Part shown: positions 8,734 to 17,186 of the stretch, piece after piece
Numbering within the stretch: the stretch's first letter is position 1
How the letters are laid out: the number at the start of each line of letters is the position of its first letter
DNA from: an uncultured Pirellulaceae bacterium
GTDB lineage: Bacteria; Planctomycetota; Planctomycetia; Pirellulales; Pirellulaceae
DNA length: 64,000 nt
Direction: 5' to 3'
Assembly: GCA_964641465.1 (NCBI GenBank)
Contig: CAZXLW010000005.1
Span: forward strand, 49,081 to 113,080
The notes under the pieces: model-generated
What the model was told of the DNA's origin: nothing
Database searches by the model: none
The model's input: only the letters and a program-made list of their open reading frames with translations
Program-made: the position numbers and the translations under genes

Positions 8734-9609
8734 GTGCGCGACTGGGTGGTCGCTGAAACGGAAGAAGTCGCCAAAGAATTCATTCTCGATCTGGAGCGGA
8801 AAACGAATGCTCCGGGCGAAGCGATTCTGGTATTTTCCGATGGTTACTGGAGTCGAAGTCGCAATCTGTACAACGCGACGCAGGCGGCCAGTTTTGACGA
8901 TCTCATTCTGACAGGCGACCTGAAGGAGACGATTCGCAGTGAGTTCCGACAGTTCCTGGACTCGGAAGACCGATTCAAAAGTCTGGGCATTTCCTGGCGA
9001 AGGGGAGCGTTGTTTATCGGGCCGCCGGGAAATGGGAAAACGCATTGCGTTCGAGCACTGGTTAAGGAGCTCGGCATTTCAATTTTGTATGTGCAGAGTC
9101 TGAGCCATCATTTCTATACGTCGGAGCAATTGTGGAGCAAAGTTTTTGAGCGGGCGAGGAAGTTGCGGCCATGTGTTCTGGTTTTGGAGGATCTGGATTC
9201 ACTGGTCGACAATGACAACCGTTCTTTCTTTCTCAATCAGCTGGATGGATTTGAGCGGAATCATGGGATGATCATCCTGGCAACAACCAACCATCCCAAA
9301 CAGATTGATTCTGCAATCGTCGATCGCCCCAGCCGATTCGACCGTAAGTACCATTTTAGTCTGCCAGACGAAGATGAGCGTCGTTCATATCTCGCCAGTT
9401 GGCAGCAACGACTGGGTGCTGAAACTGGGTGGCAGCCGGACGAGATCGAAAGTGTTGTATCGGCAACGAAAGGATATTCGTTCGCTTATCTAAAGGAATT
9501 GGTAGTTAGTTCCGTCATGCAGTGGATGCATGACGGGCAGGAAAAATTTGGCAATGAAGTATTGCGACAAGCCAAACAGCTCAAGAAACAAATGAAAACG
9601 GAAATCTGA
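8734..9609 (+). CDS. AAA+ ATPase (classic AAA clade, CDC48/FtsH/BCS1-like module)
   Basis: Walker A 'GPPGNGKT', Walker B 'CVLVLEDLDS', sensor-1/second region of homology 'ILATTNHPKQIDSAIVDRPSRFDRKYHFSLPD'. The start is a GTG with only ~95 aa before Walker A. Confidence 0.85.
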   Translation: MRDWVVAETEEVAKEFILDLERKTNAPGEAILVFSDGYWSRSRNLYNATQAASFDDLILTGDLKETIRSEFRQFLDSEDRFKSLGISWRRGALFIGPPGNGKTHCVRALVKELGISILYVQSLSHHFYTSEQLWSKVFERARKLRPCVLVLEDLDSLVDNDNRSFFLNQLDGFERNHGMIILATTNHPKQIDSAIVDRPSRFDRKYHFSLPDEDERRSYLASWQQRLGAETGWQPDEIESVVSATKGYSFAYLKELVVSSVMQWMHDGQEKFGNEVLRQAKQLKKQMKTEI

Positions 9610-9643
9610 TTGGCTGGCCGCTCTACGCAGATACCGACAGCAA

Positions 9644-12600
9644 CTACTTTCCGTCGGACTTTTCGTTCAAAATGCTATCCAACAGTTTTCTTGCTTTTGC
9701 GACGTCCGCTTCTGCTCCCTTCAGGATTAGCGTTCCAGTCTTTTTGGAAACTTCAATTTTGACAGGACCATCCAGTTTCGTACCGGCAAGCCTTGTTTGA
9801 AAGTCAACCAAGTCGTCTTCAGCCAATTTTTGATTCGTTGTCAGCGAGCTGTTCATGTTTTGGTCGAATTCGAATTCGCCAAAAATGTCAGATTTGATCT
9901 TCATTCGAATTTTATTGTTTTTGATTTCTAGCCCGACTTTGGAACCAACACCGTTTCGAGTGCTGCCTATCGTCTTGACAGCGGTATCTCGAGCGCGGTA
10001 ATCAAAACCGGCGGCATTCAAGAATATTTCTACAGATTCAAAGTAGGTTCTAGTGGTAGTAGGTTTAAAAACATAGGCTTTGAACATGAACGAGGATGCG
10101 GCAACGAATTCGTTGTTCGGTCGAATGTTGTCGGGCAACGTTTTCCAGAGTTTAAGGACCTTTTCGGTTCTATATAGAGTGTGGCTGTGGCTGGAAACAA
10201 CCCACTTCGGATTGTCAGCATATTTTGACCGTAGTTCGTTCAACTGATTTTTGACAAAGTCGACAAGGCCGTGAGTTTCGGGGGCAATTTCGGCTATGTC
10301 AATGAATTCATCAAAGTAGTTGTGCGGATTCTTGGAGTGTTTTTCAATATACTTCGCGAAAATGGCCTCAACGATTGGTTGATTTGACGGCCCCAGTTCT
10401 TTCGCGTGCCTGCCAAGCGTTTCAATCAGGAATTCACTGCAAACGGTCAAGTACCAATCCTGTTCCGCGAGTTTGCCAATGCTCGTCAGGAACTTTGGTT
10501 CAAGCTCATGGAACGTTTCAGGATCTTCGGCAATAAGTACTGGCAATGCGTTTCGGAAACAAGGTCGTATGGAGTATTGCAAATACCAATTGAGACTTAG
10601 GCGATTTCCGATTTCTATTTCTCGAATCATGGCATTGACACCAGTTTCCAAGTCCAGACCGTGCAGAACTTTTTGCATGGTTTTCTCAAACTCGTCGGCT
10701 GCTTCATCACTGGCTACACCGACACCCCGTCTGGCAACCTGCATAATGGCTTCAATCATTTCCGGTTTCTCGAAACCTTCGGCGAGATTCGCGATACCTT
10801 TGATGGCTGGGGTTAGCTGGGTCAGATCCCGTTCGCGTCGAACGATCGCCAACAGCTCTTCGTAGGTCTTACCGTCATAAACTGGCTGCGTTTGCTGCGA
10901 GTTGGTGGACCTTTCCAACTTCGACAGGCTGATTCTGGCATCGCCCAAGCGTTTCCTGGCGTCGCCCAACCGCACTTTCAACGCGTCGATTTCTTTGGCT
11001 GGCTTGGAACCGTCCGCAACGGACGTTTGGAGCAGTCGATGATAACGTTCGACGGTTTCCAATCGGGATCGGAAGAACTGGATGTCGTTTTGGACTTCCG
11101 GTTGTTTGGACAATTCTTCCAAGAGCCTTGTTTGGGAATCGAGCATCGTCAGTTCGTCTGTTTTTCCGCTCTCAAAATCGGCTAACGTTTTAACGGCTTT
11201 TTCTTTCAGCTTAGCGACTGGATCAGAGGGAGCGGTCTCTGAAGCACTCGATGAAACTTCATTCGCGGCTTGTAGTAAGTCAACAGGACTGTCTGAACCT
11301 CCAGGCGTACCAATTGGTTCGGTCCTGGCTATCTCACTGTTGCTTCCTGAGATTTCTTCGCTGGGAACAAGTCCGGGTCCTGAAGATCCGGCGTTTTCAA
11401 AACTTGATAGAGCATCCGCGGTTTCGTTGGCCTCTGACCCTGAATTAAAGCCTGGTAAGTTCTGCTGGCCCTGCGTAGCCGTATTGGCCAATTGTCTACG
11501 TGATTGGCGAGTCTGCATCAGATTGACGATGATCCGAGCACTTTCTCGAAGAATTGGCTGTTCGCCAGTCTTGAAAACATCGTTGACAAGTTTTCGCACT
11601 TCAAGAATTGTTTTTCCCCGCACCTTGATTGGTTTGACTATTGGCAAGTCAATGGTTCCGTCATAGTCAACGGGAACGGGGAAGCCAACCGTTGGCTGCA
11701 AGCCACTTCCTTCGGTTGGCAAATGGATCGGAGGGCTGGCTGCAAACTCCCCCAACACACCGTCAACGAACACGCCAAGAACGTCTCCAGCCTGAACCTT
11801 GTGTGGCTTAGAAGCATCAAACACGGTCTTTTGCGGCTGGTCGATCTCGGAAATGATTTTCTCTATCCGAGTCGACATCACTCGATCATGATTTCCCCAG
11901 ATCCGGACCCATAAAGTATTGAGCCGATCATCAATATGCATTCCCAGTTTCTGAGTATCGGTGCTGTCTCCGCCCAGTATGCTCCTGACCGTAAGCATTG
12001 CTTCTTCCGCCGGCATGTGTTGAATTTCAAATCCTTTGAGTTGCCAACAAAGCTTATCCGAAGCAACCCACGGATTGGTTTGCTTGTCCACTGGGTCTGA
12101 CAAGCTGTTTGCGTCACGTTTATCCGTAACGCGAACGATCTCTTTTTCGCCACGCGACAACGTCAACTGGTTCTTGTTAAGAGTGACGGAATTGTTGTCT
12201 CCAACTGGCCGGATCTCGTAACGACCCGCGTTGATTACGACGGATTGCTTTGTCGCCAAGTCAACAATTTTCACGACTTGTCCGTCCTGGACGAACTCGA
12301 TCTTAACGTCGTCGACCATCGTTTCGATCTCCACCTTGCCTTGGTTGGTGACGATCTGGAAGATCTGCTGGTAATTCATACCAATCGCGACGACCGCGAG
12401 TACGGCCAACATGGCTGCCAGCGATTTCCAAAGGAAACTGGAAGTGGCGTGCTGGTTCGATCGGGTTGGTTTGATCGGAGCCGCCAGCGCAAAATCCCAA
12501 TGTTCGGGAGACTTGTTGACAGCGTTGATGACTGCTTCGGCACTCGGTGGCCGACGCGTCGCTGACTTTTCCAGCAAGCACATGGCGAGGTCGGAAATCT

Positions 12601-13693
12601 CACCAGGTATCGAAGGGTCCCGTTCGTTCGGCGCGGTTGGATGATCCTGTTGGATCGAACGTAACGTCGCCAGAGCGTTGTCGGCACGAAACGGCAACTT
12701 GCCGGTCAGGCATTGGTACATCACGCAACCCAGGCTGAACAGATCACTACGCCCGTCCAGAGTTTCGCCACGACTTTGTTCAGGTGACATATAACAAGGC
12801 GTGCCGGCAATCATGCCGGTGCAGGTAAGCTGCGGATCTTCATCGGCGACGCGAACCAATCCGAAGTCGAGGATCTGTGCTTCTTTTTCCTGATCCGGGA
12901 TCCAGATGTTGCCTGGCTTGATATCGCGATGGATCAAGCTGTGTTGGTGTGCCGCCGCAAGTCCACCAGCCAGTTGGCTGACCAGTCGCTTTGTTTCTTC
13001 CAGTGGCAGTGTTTCTTCGGTGGCCAGTTTTTGTTCCAGAGTCTGCCCCGGAATCCATTGCATGGCGATATAAGACAACGGGCCATCCGAACCAACTTCG
13101 TAGATCGTGACCACGTTCGGATGTTCGATCGCCGCAGTCGCCTTGGCTTCGGCTACGAATCGCGTCCGGGCCTGTTCGCCCAATGACGGACGCAGGACTT
13201 TCAGAACCACGTTGCGATCAAGTCGAGTGTCGATCGCCCGATAGACGACACCAGTGCTGCCAGTCCCCAGTAACTCCTGGACTCGGAAGTGAGCGATTTG
13301 GCCTACGTCATCAGCATGTTCCGCAGACTGCAGCAAGCTGTGGACTTCGATCGCCCGATTGAGCAGCTCCGGTTTCCGGTGGGGCGCGGGGGCTCCGGAT
13401 GAATCGGTTTTCCAACTCTCGGCTTCGGACATCATGCGTTCAATCACATTGCGATCTTCCGCCGGTGACTGGTCCGCGAACTCATCGGACGTCAGTCCCA
13501 GGTCATCCTCCAACGCCTGACGGGTCAAGTCGGAAAACGTATCGTCTACCTTCAGGCCTTCCACAGTTTCCAGACACGGGTCACATTCACTTAGATGTTG
13601 CTGAGTGATTTCAATCTGATTGTCGGGTAGATGTCCTAGCAGAAACTGTTGAAGTTGCTGTTTGGATGGGCAGATGTTTTCTTGCGCGTTCAT
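9644..13693 (-). CDS. Membrane-spanning Hanks-type Ser/Thr protein kinase with a ~900-aa extracytoplasmic multidomain region
   Basis: 1349 aa. The N-terminal Cys motif 'HLSECDPCLETV' is of the zinc-finger/anti-sigma type. Kinase motifs are 'GTGSTGVVY', 'VVLKVL', 'HRDIKPGNIW', 'DFGLVR' and 'MSPEQ'. There is one TM, 'LWKSLAAMLAVLAVVAIGM'. Downstream segments resemble secretin-N and polysaccharide-export (Poly_export) modules, followed by a low-complexity linker, a coiled coil and a helical-repeat region. Confidence 0.9.
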   Translation of the reverse strand: MNAQENICPSKQQLQQFLLGHLPDNQIEITQQHLSECDPCLETVEGLKVDDTFSDLTRQALEDDLGLTSDEFADQSPAEDRNVIERMMSEAESWKTDSSGAPAPHRKPELLNRAIEVHSLLQSAEHADDVGQIAHFRVQELLGTGSTGVVYRAIDTRLDRNVVLKVLRPSLGEQARTRFVAEAKATAAIEHPNVVTIYEVGSDGPLSYIAMQWIPGQTLEQKLATEETLPLEETKRLVSQLAGGLAAAHQHSLIHRDIKPGNIWIPDQEKEAQILDFGLVRVADEDPQLTCTGMIAGTPCYMSPEQSRGETLDGRSDLFSLGCVMYQCLTGKLPFRADNALATLRSIQQDHPTAPNERDPSIPGEISDLAMCLLEKSATRRPPSAEAVINAVNKSPEHWDFALAAPIKPTRSNQHATSSFLWKSLAAMLAVLAVVAIGMNYQQIFQIVTNQGKVEIETMVDDVKIEFVQDGQVVKIVDLATKQSVVINAGRYEIRPVGDNNSVTLNKNQLTLSRGEKEIVRVTDKRDANSLSDPVDKQTNPWVASDKLCWQLKGFEIQHMPAEEAMLTVRSILGGDSTDTQKLGMHIDDRLNTLWVRIWGNHDRVMSTRIEKIISEIDQPQKTVFDASKPHKVQAGDVLGVFVDGVLGEFAASPPIHLPTEGSGLQPTVGFPVPVDYDGTIDLPIVKPIKVRGKTILEVRKLVNDVFKTGEQPILRESARIIVNLMQTRQSRRQLANTATQGQQNLPGFNSGSEANETADALSSFENAGSSGPGLVPSEEISGSNSEIARTEPIGTPGGSDSPVDLLQAANEVSSSASETAPSDPVAKLKEKAVKTLADFESGKTDELTMLDSQTRLLEELSKQPEVQNDIQFFRSRLETVERYHRLLQTSVADGSKPAKEIDALKVRLGDARKRLGDARISLSKLERSTNSQQTQPVYDGKTYEELLAIVRRERDLTQLTPAIKGIANLAEGFEKPEMIEAIMQVARRGVGVASDEAADEFEKTMQKVLHGLDLETGVNAMIREIEIGNRLSLNWYLQYSIRPCFRNALPVLIAEDPETFHELEPKFLTSIGKLAEQDWYLTVCSEFLIETLGRHAKELGPSNQPIVEAIFAKYIEKHSKNPHNYFDEFIDIAEIAPETHGLVDFVKNQLNELRSKYADNPKWVVSSHSHTLYRTEKVLKLWKTLPDNIRPNNEFVAASSFMFKAYVFKPTTTRTYFESVEIFLNAAGFDYRARDTAVKTIGSTRNGVGSKVGLEIKNNKIRMKIKSDIFGEFEFDQNMNSSLTTNQKLAEDDLVDFQTRLAGTKLDGPVKIEVSKKTGTLILKGAEADVAKARKLLDSILNEKSDGK

Positions 13694-14047
13694 GATTGCT
13701 CCCGATCGCCGATTGTTCTGAGGGCTGTATCAAAATGCCGGAAAGCAAGCTTGTCTGCAAAGACTGGGTGAGGTGCAAACAACATCTTGCTTCACGCGGC
13801 AGGCGAAGGGTTCATTGATACCCTTCTCTTAAGGTATGCGCATGAAAACCCAATTGGTACGTTCGGGTCGGATTTTTTTGATAATTTGTCGAATCGTCTA
13901 TTTTTTCCGACAAATTGGGGCCATTACGATATCTCTTGAGCCTCGAAATTCTCAGATTTCGTGACTCGGTTTGAGCACGTTTCACCCTCTGCTAAGTCTC
14001 AGCAGGAGCTTCGACCGCCCTCCCGATTTCAGAAAACCGGCACCACC

Positions 14048-15262
14048 TCAGGCTCCGGCTTGATTGAGGTGTTTGGCGGAATAGACTTTGAGGCCTTCCT
14101 CCATGCACTTCATCGCGGCGGCCAGATCGGCTTGGTTCAGTACGTAGGCGATGCGGACTTCGTCTCGGCCAGCACCGGGCGTGGAGTAAAAACCCTGACC
14201 AGGCGCCATCATCACGGTGGCACCTTCGTATTCGAACTCCTCCAACATCCAGCGACAGAAATCATCCGTGTCTTCAACCGGCAGTCGGACCATCGCATAG
14301 AACGCACCGTTGATGTCTGGACAAACCACACCTTCAATTTGATCGAGCGAAGCCTTCAACTGATCGCGTCGCCCGGCGTACTCTTGCACTACCGAATCGT
14401 AGTAGCTGGTCGGCAATTGATAGACAGCTTCCGCCCCGATCTGACCGTAAGTCGGCGGCGACAACCTCGCTTGAGAAAGCTTGAGCACGGATTGCATCAA
14501 CGCCTTGTTTCGAGAAATCACACAACCAATCCGTGCACCACAAGCCGAGAAGCGTTTCGAAATGGAATCGACCACGATCACGTTCTCGTCCATGCCCTCT
14601 AACCCGAGCGTCGAGAAATGTTGCAATGAGTCATAGGCGAACTCACGGTAGACTTCATCAGAGATCAGGAACAAGTCATGCTTCTGAGCGATCTGCTTCA
14701 ACTGCTCAAGTGATTCCTGGGGGTACAGAATCCCGGTTGGGTTACCCGGGTTGCAGATCAGAATCGCGCGTGTCCTGGGCGTGATTTTTTCTTCGAACTG
14801 TTCGATGGCAGGTAAGGCAAAGTCGTCTTCGATACGAGTCTGAATGGGAACCACGTTAGCACTATTGGCGATCGAGAACGAGCTGTAGTTAGCATAGAAA
14901 GGTTCCGGGACGATCACTTCATCATCCGAATTCATAACGCTGGCGAAAACGAACCCGAGCGCTTCCGATGCACCGGTCGTGACGCTGACTTCATCAACCG
15001 AAAGCGTGTGTCCCAATCGACCGTAGTAGCTCGCGATCTGTGCTCGCAGCGATTCGATTCCGGCAGAGTGCGAATAGGCGACGACTTTAATGTCCGCGTC
15101 CTGAATCGCCTGGAAGAACTCCGGCGGTGTGGGAATATCGGGCTGACCAATGTTTAAATGATAGACCTTGGTCCCTCGTTTCTTGGCGGCTTCGGCATAC
15201 GGGACCAGTTTTCGAATCGGTGATTCGGGTAAATCGTGGGCTCTATCGGACAACTTGGGCAT
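14048..15262 (-). CDS. Class I/II pyridoxal-phosphate-dependent aminotransferase (AspC-like)
   Basis: 404 aa with 'ESPIRKLVPYAEAAKKRGTKVYHLNIGQPD', 'NPGNPTG' and the PLP-lysine motif 'SISKRFSACGARIG'. Confidence 0.9.
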   Translation of the reverse strand: MPKLSDRAHDLPESPIRKLVPYAEAAKKRGTKVYHLNIGQPDIPTPPEFFQAIQDADIKVVAYSHSAGIESLRAQIASYYGRLGHTLSVDEVSVTTGASEALGFVFASVMNSDDEVIVPEPFYANYSSFSIANSANVVPIQTRIEDDFALPAIEQFEEKITPRTRAILICNPGNPTGILYPQESLEQLKQIAQKHDLFLISDEVYREFAYDSLQHFSTLGLEGMDENVIVVDSISKRFSACGARIGCVISRNKALMQSVLKLSQARLSPPTYGQIGAEAVYQLPTSYYDSVVQEYAGRRDQLKASLDQIEGVVCPDINGAFYAMVRLPVEDTDDFCRWMLEEFEYEGATVMMAPGQGFYSTPGAGRDEVRIAYVLNQADLAAAMKCMEEGLKVYSAKHLNQAGA

Positions 15263-15484
15263 AGCACAGCCGTGGGGTTCGTTTTGGTTTCTGGTTGATT
15301 GAAGAACGTAAGTATAAACTTTCGACTAAAAGGGGCATAGGAATTGATGAATAATTGCTTAGCCTATTGGCTGCTGAAAAGGCCGCCGAAAAGATGCCGG
15401 GAAGTCGCTGCTCCCGACGTGAGTAAGCGACAAGGCAAATGACAAAACAAGCGACAGAATATTCATTAGAAAAAGGAAGATAAC

Positions 15485-15985
15485 GTGAGCAATCCAACTG
15501 TTGGCATCGTCATGGGAAGTGACAGTGATTGGCCGAAAATCAACAAGGTGGCCGATGCATTGGCCGAATTTGGTGTCGTCTACGAAGTCCGCGTGATGAG
15601 CGCCCATCGAACGCCCGCGGTAGTATGCGAATACGCGGCAACTGCCCGCGATCGTGGCCTGCAAGTGATCATTGCTGCCGCTGGCGGAGCTGCACATCTG
15701 GCCGGCGTTGTGGCAGCCCATACGACGCTGCCAGTGATCGGGTTGCCAGTTCCGACAGCTGAACTTGGTGGGTTGGACTCCTTGCTCTCGACCGTCCAGA
15801 TGCCGGGCGACGTACCTGTTGCCACGATGGCAGTCGGCATGGGCGGGCCTCGCAACGCCGGTTTGTTTGCCGTTCAAATCATGGCGACCGCGGATGAATC
15901 ACTCCGACAGAAACTCGCCGATTTCAAGCAGGAGTTGACTCAAAAGATTGCCGCCAAAGACGAAAAGCTGCAAGCGGCGTTGTAA
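15485..15985 (+). CDS. purE: N5-carboxyaminoimidazole ribonucleotide mutase
   Basis: 166 aa with '[12 protein letters not shown]', 'VMSAHRTP' and '[26 protein letters not shown]'. GTG start preceded by AGGAAG. Confidence 0.93.
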   Translation: MSNPTVGIVMGSDSDWPKINKVADALAEFGVVYEVRVMSAHRTPAVVCEYAATARDRGLQVIIAAAGGAAHLAGVVAAHTTLPVIGLPVPTAELGGLDSLLSTVQMPGDVPVATMAVGMGGPRNAGLFAVQIMATADESLRQKLADFKQELTQKIAAKDEKLQAAL

Positions 15986-16073
15986 CGAGCCCAGCATAAG
16001 CCGGGTTCATCAATCCGAGCCGGGTCTCAAACTTGAATCTGGCAGGATAGAACTTTAGTATTCGAGGCGCAAC

Positions 16074-17141
16074 ATGACGGTTGATTCTGCGAGCTCAGCG
16101 AACAAGACGGAAACGATGACCTGGGTTGGCGATTGCCAGACCGGGCATCTGCAGCTGATCGACCAGACGCTGCTTCCTAACGAACTCAAACTCATCGAAT
16201 GCCGCGACGTTGAGTCGGTTTGGGAAGCGATCAAAATGCTCCGCGTTCGCGGCGCGCCGGCGATCGGAATCGCGGCGGCCTATGGGTTCGTGATTGGCTT
16301 GCAATCAGGCGACGATTCATTGGGCGTTCGAGCGCGAGAGGCTGCCAAGTATCTGGCGACCAGTCGTCCGACGGCGGTCAATTTATTCTGGGCGTTGAAT
16401 CGGATGCGGGAAGTGTTTGAAACCAACATGGATTCGTTGGACTCAGCGGAGTTGCAGGATCGGATGCTGTCCGAGGCGAAAGCGATCCATGAAGAAGACC
16501 GGCAGATGTGCCACGCGATCGGCAAGCACGGCGCGGCGCTATTGGGAGACGGTTCGGGCGTGTTGACGCATTGTAACGCAGGTGGCCTGGCGACCGCCGA
16601 GTACGGAACGGCGCTGAGTGTTTTCTTTACGGCTCAGGATCAAGGCAAGCAGTTGCATGTTTTTGTTGACGAGACTCGGCCGTTGCTGCAAGGTGCCCGA
16701 CTGACTGCCTGGGAGTTGATGCAGCGAGGCATCGATGCGACGCTGATTTGTGATTCGATGGCTGCCCAAGTCATGAAAGAGGGCAGGGTACAGGCTGTTG
16801 TCACAGGAGCGGATCGAATCGCTGCCAATGGTGATTCAGCCAACAAGATCGGGACGTACTCGATCGCAGTACTGGCGAAAGCTCACGACATTCCGTTCTA
16901 CATTGCAGCTCCCAGCAGCACGTTTGACTTATCGCTGGAGCACGGCGACCAGATTCCGATCGAAGAAAGAACGGCTCAGGAAATTACGCACGGATTCGGC
17001 AAGCAGACGGCACCGGAAGGGGTATCGGTGTACAATCCGGCATTCGATGTGACTCCGGCACATTTGATCAAAGCGATCATCACTGAGCGCGGAGTCATCG
17101 ATCCTATTTCAAGTGATGCGATTGCCAGTCACTTGGCATAA
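16074..17141 (+). CDS. mtnA: Methylthioribose-1-phosphate isomerase (eIF-2B alpha/beta/delta family)
   Basis: 355 aa with 'RGAPAIGIAAAYG', 'RPTAVNLFWAL', 'THCNAGGLATAEYGTAL', 'DETRPLLQGARLTAWEL' and 'GADRIAANGDSANKIGTY'. Confidence 0.9.
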   Translation: MTVDSASSANKTETMTWVGDCQTGHLQLIDQTLLPNELKLIECRDVESVWEAIKMLRVRGAPAIGIAAAYGFVIGLQSGDDSLGVRAREAAKYLATSRPTAVNLFWALNRMREVFETNMDSLDSAELQDRMLSEAKAIHEEDRQMCHAIGKHGAALLGDGSGVLTHCNAGGLATAEYGTALSVFFTAQDQGKQLHVFVDETRPLLQGARLTAWELMQRGIDATLICDSMAAQVMKEGRVQAVVTGADRIAANGDSANKIGTYSIAVLAKAHDIPFYIAAPSSTFDLSLEHGDQIPIEERTAQEITHGFGKQTAPEGVSVYNPAFDVTPAHLIKAIITERGVIDPISSDAIASHLA

Positions 17142-17186
17142 GCCATCGCCATTCAGCGCCGGAATATTCCAATAAGGTCTGTAGAC

